Shown: positions 26,969 through 36,804, counted from the first letter of the stretch. The stretch: 45,434 bases of DNA from Promethearchaeota archaeon (GCA_048938385.1 JBHLMG010000019.1:1-45434), one strand, 5' to 3'. Notes: a model not told the origin generated them from the letters alone. Numbers and translations are program-made.

Positions 26969-27703
26969 CTAAGGGATTGACGAGTCTGTAGATTCAAGTT
27001 CATAGGTAATTCGAATTATCCCCTTCCCTTTGCTCTTTCGTTTTGTGATGTGTAGACCACCAAGTTCGCCAGTGGTTCTTACATGCGTTCCTGCACATGG
27101 GTAGGCATCACGGTCGGCTATTTGAACGAGCCGAACTTGTTTGACGGAGATAGGAAGTTTTGTCAGATCCGACCGATCAGGACCCATGCGCGCCTCTAGT
27201 TGTTCACGGGGTATAGTTTCGATTATGACTGGATAATTTTGTTTGATGATCGTGTTAGCGGCTTGTTCGATATTGGGCAAGTCTGAAGACTGAAAAGTTG
27301 CAGGGGCAAAATCAATATGTGAGTAGTCTTGGCGAATCTGGTTTCCTGCAGTATGAGCGCCATACTGGTCAAAGACTACACGGCTTACAATGTGCTGAGC
27401 CGTATGCATGCGCATATGAGCGTAGCGTCTTTGCCAGTCTAAACGCATGTACACTTCATCACCGACCAAGGGCATTGGACCTTCCAAGGAATGAAGAATT
27501 CGGTTTCCGTGTTTGGTCACTTGTGTAATTTTCGCGGTTCCTTTAGGTGTATCAAGTCGCCCAGTATCAGTAGGTTGTCCTCCACCTTCTGGATAAAATA
27601 TCGTAGCTGCTAACACAACTGCTGTTTCTCGCGCTTCAATGACCGTGGTTGCTGTTTCTCGTAGATAACTATCTTCTAAGAAGAGTAATTCAGTTTTTGG
27701 CAA
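26969..27703 (-). CDS. alaXM: AlaX-M alanyl-tRNA editing protein
   Basis: TIFYPEGGGQP.D.G; MRMHTAQH (HxxxH) and CAGTH (CxxxH) zinc-editing motifs; 244 aa. Confidence 0.92.
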   Translation of the reverse strand: MPKTELLFLEDSYLRETATTVIEARETAVVLAATIFYPEGGGQPTDTGRLDTPKGTAKITQVTKHGNRILHSLEGPMPLVGDEVYMRLDWQRRYAHMRMHTAQHIVSRVVFDQYGAHTAGNQIRQDYSHIDFAPATFQSSDLPNIEQAANTIIKQNYPVIIETIPREQLEARMGPDRSDLTKLPISVKQVRLVQIADRDAYPCAGTHVRTTGELGGLHITKRKSKGKGIIRITYELESTDSSIP

Positions 27704-27725
27704 CTCTTGGTACCTCGTCGATTAG

Positions 27726-28190
27726 TTAGGAATGCGAGCGCATAAATTTGCGTCCACTTAGAGACTCTGGTGTAATAACTACAATGCGAACTGCTGCTAG
27801 TTCAGCATTACGATTGCGTCCTGGTTTATCGATATAGGATTCAAAATCCTCTGGAACGCGATACTTGTTTATGTGTAATTGTAACCAGGGAATCATCTTT
27901 GAAGGACCACTGAGAATTTGTGTAGTTCCTTGGATAATGACGCTTTTGTATAATGATGTATCGGAAATAGTTTCATCTACTTCAAAACACACTTTGGGAT
28001 TGGTTTCTAAAGCCTTCATCTTCAAACCTTTCGCACAGGTATGAAAAGCAATTTTTCCCCTATTATAGACGAATCCAAGTGGTACAATATAGGGTTGATC
28101 ATCAACAATCAATCCTAGTCGACCAACACGAGCGCAGGTAAGAAATTGGTCAATCTCAGCTGATGACATTTCTTGCTTACTTTTAGACAT
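27726..28190 (-). CDS. Pyridoxamine 5'-phosphate oxidase-like (NimA-type) flavin-binding protein
   Basis: VGRLG....QPYIVP..F....I.FH....G.K...L..NPKVCFEVD...Y.SVI..G. Confidence 0.88.
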   Translation of the reverse strand: MSKSKQEMSSAEIDQFLTCARVGRLGLIVDDQPYIVPLGFVYNRGKIAFHTCAKGLKMKALETNPKVCFEVDETISDTSLYKSVIIQGTTQILSGPSKMIPWLQLHINKYRVPEDFESYIDKPGRNRNAELAAVRIVVITPESLSGRKFMRSHS

Positions 28191-28288
28191 TAGGATGTGA
28201 AACCTCCAGAACTAGCGGATAGCGAACCAATGGTATAATCTAGGAAATAGCCCTTTAAGATATAAGTAGAAAGCGATTCCAAGAGTAA

Positions 28289-28966
28289 GTGAAAAACATG
28301 GTCTGGGTGTTAATCCTTCAGATTGTACTCATTGGGTTCTTAATTTTCCTCTTCCTTGTCTGTGTTGTGGTACGCATTATCCGCCATTACTACAAGTTTC
28401 CTATCCCATCCTTTTTGACTCAAGTTATTGATAATCCCGTGCGCCGTCGGCTCTTTCAAACCCCAAGTGTTATTGCAAGTAGGATGTATCTTGAACCTGG
28501 AATGGTGGTAGTGGAAATCGGTCCTGGAAAAGGTAGTTACACAAAAGCGATTGCTCAAGCTGTCGGTCCAGGAGGGAAAGTGTATGCTGTGGACATTCAA
28601 GAATCCGTCATTGAAAAACTGAAACATCGAATAAAAAAAGAAGGAATTCCCAACATCATTCCACAAGTTGGTAATGCCTACGCGTTCTCTTTCCCACAGG
28701 CGAGTATCGATCGGGTTTTTGCCCTAGCGTGTCTCCCTGAAATTCCTGAGCCTGTAAAGGTATTGTTAGAGGTACATCGTATTCTGAAACCTAACGGTCT
28801 CATATCGCTAGCAGAGTTTGCTCCTGATCCTGATTATCCACTTAGGCGAACTGTGAAGATGTGGGCATCTGAAACTGGATTTACACTGCGCAGTGAGTAT
28901 GGCAATTGGTTTGCCTATCAGCTTAATTTCGCCAAGCTTAAAGGCTGTTCAGGAAAGAAGACTTGA
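28289..28966 (+). CDS. Class I SAM-dependent methyltransferase with an N-terminal membrane anchor
   Basis: VVEIGPGKG, VYAVDIQ, L.EV.RILKP.G; hydrophobic N-terminal helix. Confidence 0.88.
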   Translation: MKNMVWVLILQIVLIGFLIFLFLVCVVVRIIRHYYKFPIPSFLTQVIDNPVRRRLFQTPSVIASRMYLEPGMVVVEIGPGKGSYTKAIAQAVGPGGKVYAVDIQESVIEKLKHRIKKEGIPNIIPQVGNAYAFSFPQASIDRVFALACLPEIPEPVKVLLEVHRILKPNGLISLAEFAPDPDYPLRRTVKMWASETGFTLRSEYGNWFAYQLNFAKLKGCSGKKT

Positions 28967-28976
28967 ATACATCTGG

Positions 28977-29651
28977 TCATTTAACTTGACCACTACTACC
29001 GTACCAAAGAAACTGGTGTCGAAAGGTAGCTGGTGCTCCTTTTACAGTGAGTTGTCGCTTGAATTCTTCCCATTCTTGTTCTGTCGTGGCTTTGAGTTGT
29101 AGTCTACTGTATTTGAGGACCATTTTATCAGCAGTGAGCCGTTCGACGAATTCTGGAGGAATCAGTGGATCGATATCAGCTTTCACTCCGAGTTTTTCAA
29201 AGGTTTCTTCAAAGAAGCCTCCATGGACAACAAACCAGGGTCGATGAGAATCGTCAAAGATTACGTCCTTCACATTGCCAATTTTATTGCTGTCCACATC
29301 AATGACATCAATGGTACCTAAGTCAGTCAGACGGAATTCGTTTTTACCAAGTTTTACTGGTTCAGAGAGTTTCTTGTAAGGTACTTTTAGATAGAGTGTG
29401 TCGTTTTCGTAACGATCTATCACATCTATAGCAAAAAATGGATCAATATCCTTTTTAAAACCGATAGATTCCAAGAATTCTGTAATTCGACTGTCCCCTA
29501 CAACGATTGATGTGAATTTCATTTTTCCATCAGAATAGGTGAAGTGGAAGTCGATGATTCGCCCGATTTTGCTACCTGTGCTATCAACAATGGCTTTGTT
29601 TTTCATCTCAGAAAATTTGACATTTGCAATTTGAAACATGACCAACTTCAC
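28977..29651 (-). CDS. Tandem PRC-barrel domain protein
   Basis: Two copies of the PRC signature (FSEMKNKAIVDSTGSKIGRIIDF; LTDLGTIDVIDVDSNKIGNVKDV), each followed by E..E..G.K.DIDP. Confidence 0.82.
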   Translation of the reverse strand: MKLVMFQIANVKFSEMKNKAIVDSTGSKIGRIIDFHFTYSDGKMKFTSIVVGDSRITEFLESIGFKKDIDPFFAIDVIDRYENDTLYLKVPYKKLSEPVKLGKNEFRLTDLGTIDVIDVDSNKIGNVKDVIFDDSHRPWFVVHGGFFEETFEKLGVKADIDPLIPPEFVERLTADKMVLKYSRLQLKATTEQEWEEFKRQLTVKGAPATFRHQFLWYGSSGQVK

Positions 29652-29726
29652 TCCTCCCTCTTTTGTTTCTCTTCCTGCTTTAAATCTAACTCCCTAGATA
29701 TTTTTGGGAAGTCTAAGATCGAATGT

Positions 29727-30866
29727 CTAACAAAAGCAGTTGAGAAGAGTTAAGACCCTATCAATGTCAGTGGAAGTATTGTACAAGTGGGGGGAAAAGC
29801 GTAGGAGTCCTTCCCGATAGGAAATGAAAACCTTCGCTTCTTGGAGAAGCTTGTAAATTGTCTTATTACGTTCGGGTTCAACATAGCTAATTAGGATAAT
29901 AGCGGTGCGTTGGTCTTTCTCTAAAGGGCTATGAATCTCGTATTTTGAGGCGTCCAGTCCTCGAATGAACTGGTCAACGAGTCGCAGGTTATGTCGCTTT
30001 ATCGCATTCAACCCTTGGTCAAGCAGGTACTTGATGCATTCGGTCCAAGGAATGAAATTAAATAAATTCGCTGTGCCAAAAACATCGTATTGAGCCGCAC
30101 CAAGGTTAGTGAGAAGCTGATATTCTCGAATTTTATCCAGCTCACGATCTCCTTGCATGGGAATCCAATAGGCTTGATTATAGTCTAATGACTTGGTGAG
30201 GTCTGGTTTCATCCAGCAGAATCCGGTGGCGTATGGTCCACATAGCCATTTATACCCAGTGCAAGTGATACCATCAACAGGAATTTTTGATACATCGAAA
30301 GGTTGTCCACCTAAGCCTTGGGTGAGGTTGAGCAAAAATAATACTTCCTGCTCTTGACATACTTTACTGATTGCGGGGGCATCAATCTGATATCCAGTAA
30401 AGGAATCTACCCAAGTGGGGGCTAAAACTTTGGTTTTTGAATTAATAGCTGTGATGACATCTTCGACTTGAAGAGCTGGTCTTTGAGGATTAATTTCGTG
30501 TACTATTACACCGCGGTTTCGTAGATAAAGCCAGGGAAGAATACTTGCAGGAAAATCGCCTTTAACGAGAAGTACTTCATCACCCCTTTTTAGCGGTATT
30601 CCATTAGCCCATAGGTGGATGCCATAAGAGGCGCTATTTCCTAGAATAATTTCCTCAGGTGGAGCCCCAATGAGGGCTCCCAAGAATGATTTCAGCTGTT
30701 TTGGAACTTCCATGAAAAGCGTTTCAGGTATCTGATATGGTGTAGCATTCAACTTCACAGCTTCCTGTGCTGCTCGTTGGGCTACTCGTGGCATCGGACC
30801 AATACTGGAAGCGTTAATCCACACATTATCATTGAATGGACCAAAATCAGCAACATACTCCGTCAT
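29727..30866 (-). CDS. Aminotransferase class V PLP-dependent enzyme
   Basis: N.S.GP.P, GYKWLCGP (PLP lysine), GT.N, LRFSPHLYN; no obvious catalytic-Cys loop of cysteine desulfurases. Confidence 0.88.
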   Translation of the reverse strand: MTEYVADFGPFNDNVWINASSIGPMPRVAQRAAQEAVKLNATPYQIPETLFMEVPKQLKSFLGALIGAPPEEIILGNSASYGIHLWANGIPLKRGDEVLLVKGDFPASILPWLYLRNRGVIVHEINPQRPALQVEDVITAINSKTKVLAPTWVDSFTGYQIDAPAISKVCQEQEVLFLLNLTQGLGGQPFDVSKIPVDGITCTGYKWLCGPYATGFCWMKPDLTKSLDYNQAYWIPMQGDRELDKIREYQLLTNLGAAQYDVFGTANLFNFIPWTECIKYLLDQGLNAIKRHNLRLVDQFIRGLDASKYEIHSPLEKDQRTAIILISYVEPERNKTIYKLLQEAKVFISYREGLLRFSPHLYNTSTDIDRVLTLLNCFC

Positions 30867-31011
30867 AGCAGTTCACCTATGGCTTAATCGGATAATTCTG
30901 TCTTTAAGAATTGCCGCTTGTTGGTTAAAAAAACAATAACTGTGCTCACAGGAAAGTTCCATAAAAAATTAAAAAGGCTATTTTAGATACTTCACTCGAG
31001 GGAAATTCTGA

Positions 31012-31251
31012 TTGGATGAGTCTAAGACCATGAGCCCAGAACATCCACGCGAAGGGTTCACTAAAGAGATGTGGGTGGTCCTCGTATTATTTGCGTTTCT
31101 AATGCTTTCTAATGGTATTTTCATTATTGTCCTCATCTTCTTTGGCCAAGTTTTTTTGTTTCCAATCCTCCTAGGTTACGCTATCAGTCACATCGTCTTT
31201 TTCATTTTCATAGTGTTAGCTGCCGTCTACTATACCCGTCGAAGATCATAG
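31012..31251 (+). CDS. Small membrane protein (2 TM)
   Basis: Two hydrophobic helices and a basic C-terminus (YTRRRS); the start may be ATG 31030. Confidence 0.65.
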   Translation: MDESKTMSPEHPREGFTKEMWVVLVLFAFLMLSNGIFIIVLIFFGQVFLFPILLGYAISHIVFFIFIVLAAVYYTRRRS

Positions 31252-31356
31252 CCACAGTTCAGTTATGTATTATTGATTCTTATTCGTGGTCTAATGAGTT
31301 ATGGGTGAAGATGTTGGGTACTATTGAATACCCACGCCAGTTTGAGATATCCTCAA

Positions 31357-31578
31357 TTAATCAGAATAATCTTCGAGGGGACACCAGTCAGGAATGGTGA
31401 AACCCTCTTTGATGAGGTCATCAAAACGAATGATGAACTTCGCACCTGTTACGAGACTTGGTTGTGTACAATGTAAGGCTGCTTTACCACTACCAAGCTC
31501 ACCTTGATTACGGACATAGGGGCATTCGATGCAATTCTCCACGACTATGAGTTTCTTTTTTGTCTTGCATTCAGCCAT
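31357..31578 (-). CDS. Small Cys-rich putative zinc-binding protein
   Basis: CIECPY...HC...IPDWCPL four-Cys arrangement. Confidence 0.7.
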   Translation of the reverse strand: MAECKTKKKLIVVENCIECPYVRNQGELGSGKAALHCTQPSLVTGAKFIIRFDDLIKEGFTIPDWCPLEDYSD

Positions 31579-31718
31579 TGTATTAAGTCCCTTAGAATTA
31601 TTATCGTGTAGCAGCTTTTTTCTGTTACAAAAGTGTTCAGGTGTTGCCAGCTAGGTATTTACTGATTCTAAAAGGCTTTTATCCTGAGTTGTAAGAGAAA
31701 GCAGTATTGTGATGAAAC

Positions 31719-32330
31719 ATGTCCTTTGAACAAAACGCCTTAGATATTCGCCTCACAGTTGTTGACCAACAGATCCAAGTTAAGGACACTTCTATAAAAG
31801 CCAGTGGCCACTCACCAGTTGATGAGTTTGGTCGCAACTTCATTTACCCAACGGGTTTATACCCGAATGAATTTGGCAAAGCCGTCGAAGTAGTCACATT
31901 TCCGTTCGTCTTTGCCTTCAGAATAAAAGGAGCCCCCGGGTCATGGTCTTGGAAACATGAGAAAGGACGATGTACTTGGCAAGGTCTACGCCCTGTGAAC
32001 TGGGGTGGCTGGATTCCCTTTATTCCTTTTGCAGGCCTGTATGTATGCTTATGGAATTTTGCGAAGGACACACAGATGCACCAAACCATGATTCATCACT
32101 GCCCTTCCGTGGCAACAAAGCTCAGTCGGGGCGATTGGATCACTGTGTGGTTTACCAATCCCCCTAAGGATGCAAAAAATGGATTCCTTGTCATGGGAAT
32201 GAACGATACTCGAGGAACGACGAGTTATGATGATAACCGGGGAGAACTCATCATCGATGTCTTTTGGGATCCTCAAAACCCTCCCCGTCTTTCCCCTTTA
32301 CCAAAAATGAAATTCCAAAGCCCCATCTAA
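31719..32330 (+). CDS. Hypothetical beta-sandwich protein, possibly PA-IL/LecA-like lectin fold
   Basis: 203-aa ORF with GTGA RBS; the C-terminal G.L.MGMND......DDNRGE..IDV resembles the ND...DN.G Ca/sugar-binding motif. Confidence 0.6.
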   Translation: MSFEQNALDIRLTVVDQQIQVKDTSIKASGHSPVDEFGRNFIYPTGLYPNEFGKAVEVVTFPFVFAFRIKGAPGSWSWKHEKGRCTWQGLRPVNWGGWIPFIPFAGLYVCLWNFAKDTQMHQTMIHHCPSVATKLSRGDWITVWFTNPPKDAKNGFLVMGMNDTRGTTSYDDNRGELIIDVFWDPQNPPRLSPLPKMKFQSPI

Positions 32331-32357
32331 TACTCAATCAAAAGGAGTACAACAAAT

Positions 32358-33329
32358 ATGCCAGGACTATTGGACACGCTTAGAGTAAAAGGGTACTATT
32401 TCAAGAATCGATTAGTGATGCCCCCCATGCAAGGTGACCATGCCACCATGGAAGGCGGTGTTACTGAGAAACTCATTGAGTTTTATGAGCAGCGAGCTGA
32501 AGGCCTCGGTTTGATTATCGTTGAACATAGCTATGTAAGCTTAATCGGGCAACGAGGAAAACGCCAACTTGGAATTTACGATGATCATTTAGTCCCAGGG
32601 CTCAAAGAATTGGTGAAACGCATTCAACCGTATAACACGCGACTCGTGATTCAGATAAATCATGCAGGTGCCAAAGCCGCTGAGGACTTGGGAATTGACC
32701 GCGTGGCACCATCTCCTACGGATGATGTTCGTGAGCTCAGTATCGAAGAAACCAAAATGCTCCCTTACATCTTTTCACGAGCAACTGAACGCGCAGTCAA
32801 TGCAGGATTTGATGGTATCGAAGTTCATGGAGCCCATGGGTTTCTCTTAAACCAATTTTTTTCACCTTTGACTAATCACCGAACGGATGAATACGGTGGA
32901 AACCTTCAGAACCGTATGCGTCTTCCTCTTGAAGTGGTCCGTGAAGTGCGTAAACATCTTGGAACCCGTCTTCTCCTCTATAGGATTGGTTCTGTAGACT
33001 TGGAAATGATGGGAACCCAACTTGCAGATTCTCTCAAGTTTGCTAAGGCCTTAGAACGAGCAGGTGTAGATATTTTACATGTGTCTGGCGGAATTTGTGG
33101 AAGTGCACCTACTTCGTTAAAGGATCAAGAAGGTTTCTTCATACCTCAAGCTGAAGCGATAAAAGGGGCTGTAAACATTCCTGTAATTGGAGTGGGGGGT
33201 GTAAAGACCCCACAATTTGCTAATCAAGTGGTTCGTGATGGCAAAGTGGATCTCGTTGCCGTTGGGCGTGCTCTCCGGAAGGATGCCCTGTGGGCAATCA
33301 AAGCTCTCAAATCTCTAAAAGCTCAATAA
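32358..33329 (+). CDS. NADH:flavin oxidoreductase (Old Yellow Enzyme family)
   Basis: KNRLVMPPM, QINHAG, AGFDGIEVHGAHGFLLNQFFSP.TN.RTDEYGG...NR.R, DLVAVGR. Confidence 0.93.
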   Translation: MPGLLDTLRVKGYYFKNRLVMPPMQGDHATMEGGVTEKLIEFYEQRAEGLGLIIVEHSYVSLIGQRGKRQLGIYDDHLVPGLKELVKRIQPYNTRLVIQINHAGAKAAEDLGIDRVAPSPTDDVRELSIEETKMLPYIFSRATERAVNAGFDGIEVHGAHGFLLNQFFSPLTNHRTDEYGGNLQNRMRLPLEVVREVRKHLGTRLLLYRIGSVDLEMMGTQLADSLKFAKALERAGVDILHVSGGICGSAPTSLKDQEGFFIPQAEAIKGAVNIPVIGVGGVKTPQFANQVVRDGKVDLVAVGRALRKDALWAIKALKSLKAQ

Positions 33330-33564
33330 CTAACTTTTGTTGATAACCTAACAACTCGTGTAGCTTTCAACATGGTCTTACATACAACGGGCTTATCGAC
33401 ATGTCTTCTTGGATACAGAGTATATTGCACAGAATCCAGCATTTACTACTGAGAGGCTGGGTTAAGTAACACGCCAAGTTGGGGCGTTTTTCTAGGAAGG
33501 ACTGAATCAGCTTTTTAGTCTTGATGTGAAAAAGAAAGCCCGCTTTACCTTAGCGTTGTTGGGT

Positions 33565-33600
33565 GTAAAAAAAGTAAAGAGAGGTACACTATGGTACCTC
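33565..33600 (-). terminator. Hairpin plus U-tract terminator after the OFA transporter gene
   Basis: Minus strand GAGGTAC-CATAGT-GTACCTC followed by TCTTTACTTTTTTT, 11 nt after the stop codon. Confidence 0.6.
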
Positions 33601-33611
33601 AAGTTTAGTTG

Positions 33612-34913
33612 TTACTTGGTGGGTCGATGTAGGCGATATAGTAAGAGAGCAAAGACGATGGCGATGATGGCAAGAGCTCCGGTTAGAACGAAGGCTATGA
33701 AATAACTCCCAGTAAAGTCAACAATGAGCCCTGCTGCCAATCCTCCTACTACGCCTGCGACGCCATACGATGTAAAAAGGACGCCATAGTTTGCACCAAC
33801 ATTTTTGGGTCCAAAATAATCGGCAGTAGAGGAGGGAAACAAGGCAAAGTTACCGCCAAAACAGAATCCAATAAGAGATGCGATCCCTAATACTACAACC
33901 CAACTAAAACTTCCAAGACTAAGGACAGCAAAACCAAACATACCAATCGTGAGGAATACGAACATTGTAACCATGGTAATCACACGACCGAGTCGATCAG
34001 AGAGCGCACCCCAGATGATACGACCTGCAGCATTAAAGATAGACATAATGCCTACGATGAGAGATCCGATTGGCACAATGAAAATCCAAACTGGCAAGTA
34101 ACCCCCTGCTGAAGGATCAATCGCAATTGCCGCGCTTTTCACATTACCCAGCGTCATGAGACCAGCTGTTGCTGCAAAGAGAAACATAAACCAGAGCAAC
34201 CAAAACGCTGCAGTTCTGATGATTTGACTAGGAATAAAATCCGTGCCTTTCGCTTCAGCTGTGTCACTCGTAGGTTTGTATCCTGGGGGGGTCCACCCTG
34301 TCGGTGGGTTGACGAGAATCTGAGACCCCATAACAACGAGGACTAAATAGATAATTCCAAGGGTCAAGAAGGGCGTTCCAACCAAACCTCCGGAGAATAA
34401 AAGGAGGAATTCTTCAACATACCCCATTACAAGCGCTCCAGCTCCAAATCCTGCCACTGCGACCCCTGTGATTAGTCCTTTCTTATCAGGGTACCATTTG
34501 ACTAAAGCAGCAATAGGACAGACATAAGCGAAACCGATTCCTGCTCCACCAATAATGCCGTAAGTCGTAATTAACCAGGTTGTACCGATTACTGAATTGC
34601 CAGCTGAAACCATATCCACTAAAGAAGCAAGTAGATATCCCGCCCCAAGGAGAATACCACCAAGTGTGGCTACTTTTCGTGGACCAATTCGGTCTTGCCA
34701 TCGACCTGCAAGAATCATGAATCCCGCAAAGGATGCAAGACCCGCTGCGAAGGGTAATTGTGTCCAAAACGAAGGCCACCCATATAGGCCTGCTCGTAAC
34801 GCGGTTTGAAAAATGGTCCAAGCGTAAATCGATCCAAGACAAATCTGGATGATGAGAGCTCCTACAACAACGAGGAGCCGTCGAGAACTCCTGACTTGCT
34901 TATCTTCTAACAT
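33612..34913 (-). CDS. OFA (oxalate:formate antiporter) family MFS transporter
   Basis: Q.CLG.IYAW..F, G.WQDR.GPR, G.G.G.AY.CP.....KW.PDKKGL.TG....GFG.G, N..GRI.WG..SD..GR, FG.KN.G.NYG. Confidence 0.92.
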   Translation of the reverse strand: MLEDKQVRSSRRLLVVVGALIIQICLGSIYAWTIFQTALRAGLYGWPSFWTQLPFAAGLASFAGFMILAGRWQDRIGPRKVATLGGILLGAGYLLASLVDMVSAGNSVIGTTWLITTYGIIGGAGIGFAYVCPIAALVKWYPDKKGLITGVAVAGFGAGALVMGYVEEFLLLFSGGLVGTPFLTLGIIYLVLVVMGSQILVNPPTGWTPPGYKPTSDTAEAKGTDFIPSQIIRTAAFWLLWFMFLFAATAGLMTLGNVKSAAIAIDPSAGGYLPVWIFIVPIGSLIVGIMSIFNAAGRIIWGALSDRLGRVITMVTMFVFLTIGMFGFAVLSLGSFSWVVVLGIASLIGFCFGGNFALFPSSTADYFGPKNVGANYGVLFTSYGVAGVVGGLAAGLIVDFTGSYFIAFVLTGALAIIAIVFALLLYRLHRPTK

Positions 34914-35097
34914 GGTAGTTACACCAAGTAAGTCATTTCTTCAATGGTTTAGAAGATAAAGTGAGCACGGATTGATGACGCACATAAGTGTTAGGAAGCA
35001 GCGAACTTTACGGGACCTGGCTTTATGCATTCACACTGCCGATTAAGCCATGTTTTTAAACAGACGCACTAAAGGAAGGCTCTTCGAGATGATCGAA

Positions 35098-36804
35098 ATG
35101 AATAAATCATCTTCGCTATTTCTTCTATTCGTTTTTTTACTTTGTTCTCAACCTCTAACCTTACCAGCAAGCTTCTTACTCTTACAGCAAGGAACATCAC
35201 TTACTTCGATGGGTCCTAGGTCTTTTCAAGCACCCATCCAAGCTGGTGATGTTCGTTTCGGTAGAAATGTAGATGTTATAGATGGATCATCACCTTATCC
35301 AGAGCAAGTGGAACCTACCCTTACCGTCCTCAGCACAGGACGCATCCTAATAGGATGGAAGGAGGCGAACACAGCAACTGGCCCTGGTCTTCGAGTTGGA
35401 TTTTGCTATACCAACGATGAAGGGCAATCGTTTAGCCCCAATATCCTGATGGAGCCCCTTGCAGTTGGGGGACATCAATCAGATCCCTGGCTCGTATCTG
35501 ACCATCTTGACAACGCCTACTTCGCCTTTCTCGAATACAATTTCGGTGAAGGAATGGGCGTAGCAAAAAGCATCGACGGGGGAGTTACTTGGCAATCCCC
35601 AACGCAGGCGAGCGATACTGAAGGCTACCTTGATGATAAAGAAACAGTGTGCGTGGATGGAGCGGGTAATATCTACATGATGTGGGACCACTTTTACACA
35701 TCGGACAACGCGCACCTAGTATTCACCAAGTCAACGAATGGTGGAGCTTCTTTTCAAGCAACACAAGTTCTAGGCGAGTGGGAGGATCGGGGTGGTATCC
35801 CATACATCACTTGCACACCAAACGGAACCCTCTATGCCTCAACTTGGGACTCCTTCCCAAGCGCACCAGATGCGATTTACATCACCAAATCAACTGATTA
35901 CGGTACCTCCTGGTCAAGCCCCCATCAAGTCAATATCTGGGGATACGAAGATATTGCGCTGATCACTGTATGCGCCACAGATAGCAATCATGATGTTTAC
36001 ATATGCTTTGCAGCAGGAACTTCTACAAATCGCGAAGTATATGTCACCAAATCAACTGATGGAGGAACCTCATGGTCGACCCCAGTTCAAGTGAACGAAG
36101 AAACCAATGGAATGCAACGAATGGTTGAGATGTACATTGACGACGATGATACAATTCATGTAGCTTGGCTTGACGCTCAAAACAACGAGTGGGACATCTA
36201 CTATAGCTACTCAGATGACGGTGGTGTATCATTTTCTTCTAATGTACGGATAACTAGCGAAGGCTTTCCACTGAGTTTTTCACGACCGGGAGATTATTTC
36301 ACACTCCGAGATGGACCAACTGGCAAGCTATACATCGTTTGGACAGACGGACGCAAAGAAACAGATCAAGACATCTTCTTTGCCAAACAAGATGTAGCGG
36401 CTCCAGAAATTACCCATGATCCTCCAACTAGCGCGTCTCACAACACACCTTTCACTATAGCTGCAATGGTCACTGATGACGATTACATAGATCGAGTGGA
36501 ACTAACATACCAATATGGAGAAGAACCTGACCAAATAGTGCAGATGTTAGAAGTCCCTAATGACATCTATCTGTATACAATACCGGCAAGCCACATGACT
36601 GGTAACAGCATCGCATATTGGTTTACAGCATATGATGAAGCAGGCCGTACTACGCGATTACCGGGAACAATATCAGGGAAGTTCGCGGTTCCTATCAATC
36701 CTGTGTCTCCTATGATGACGATTGTCATTGTGGCATCAATTATCGTCATAGTAATCGTTTTGGTGTTCGCAATCTGGTACCTACGACACCCTGTATCACA
36801 ATAA
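35098..36804 (+). CDS. Membrane-anchored Asp-box (BNR) beta-propeller protein (sialidase-fold) with an Ig-like domain
   Basis: Signal peptide; six Asp-boxes (TNDEGQSF, SIDGGVTW, STNGGASF, STDYGTSW, STDGGTSW, SDDGGVSF); D..APEI.H Ig-like domain; C-terminal TM helix. The ORF extends to 35050. Confidence 0.88.
   Translation: MNKSSSLFLLFVFLLCSQPLTLPASFLLLQQGTSLTSMGPRSFQAPIQAGDVRFGRNVDVIDGSSPYPEQVEPTLTVLSTGRILIGWKEANTATGPGLRVGFCYTNDEGQSFSPNILMEPLAVGGHQSDPWLVSDHLDNAYFAFLEYNFGEGMGVAKSIDGGVTWQSPTQASDTEGYLDDKETVCVDGAGNIYMMWDHFYTSDNAHLVFTKSTNGGASFQATQVLGEWEDRGGIPYITCTPNGTLYASTWDSFPSAPDAIYITKSTDYGTSWSSPHQVNIWGYEDIALITVCATDSNHDVYICFAAGTSTNREVYVTKSTDGGTSWSTPVQVNEETNGMQRMVEMYIDDDDTIHVAWLDAQNNEWDIYYSYSDDGGVSFSSNVRITSEGFPLSFSRPGDYFTLRDGPTGKLYIVWTDGRKETDQDIFFAKQDVAAPEITHDPPTSASHNTPFTIAAMVTDDDYIDRVELTYQYGEEPDQIVQMLEVPNDIYLYTIPASHMTGNSIAYWFTAYDEAGRTTRLPGTISGKFAVPINPVSPMMTIVIVASIIVIVIVLVFAIWYLRHPVSQ

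Noticed and set aside
28289-28966. Methyltransferase as ArsM belonging to the arsenic locus
   Set aside because: It lacks the conserved ArsM cysteines, has an N-terminal TM anchor and lies more than 7 kb from acr3.
29727-30866. Cysteine desulfurase (IscS/SufS) call
   Set aside because: No SSGSAC or RxGHHCA catalytic cysteine loop; left as a generic class V PLP enzyme.
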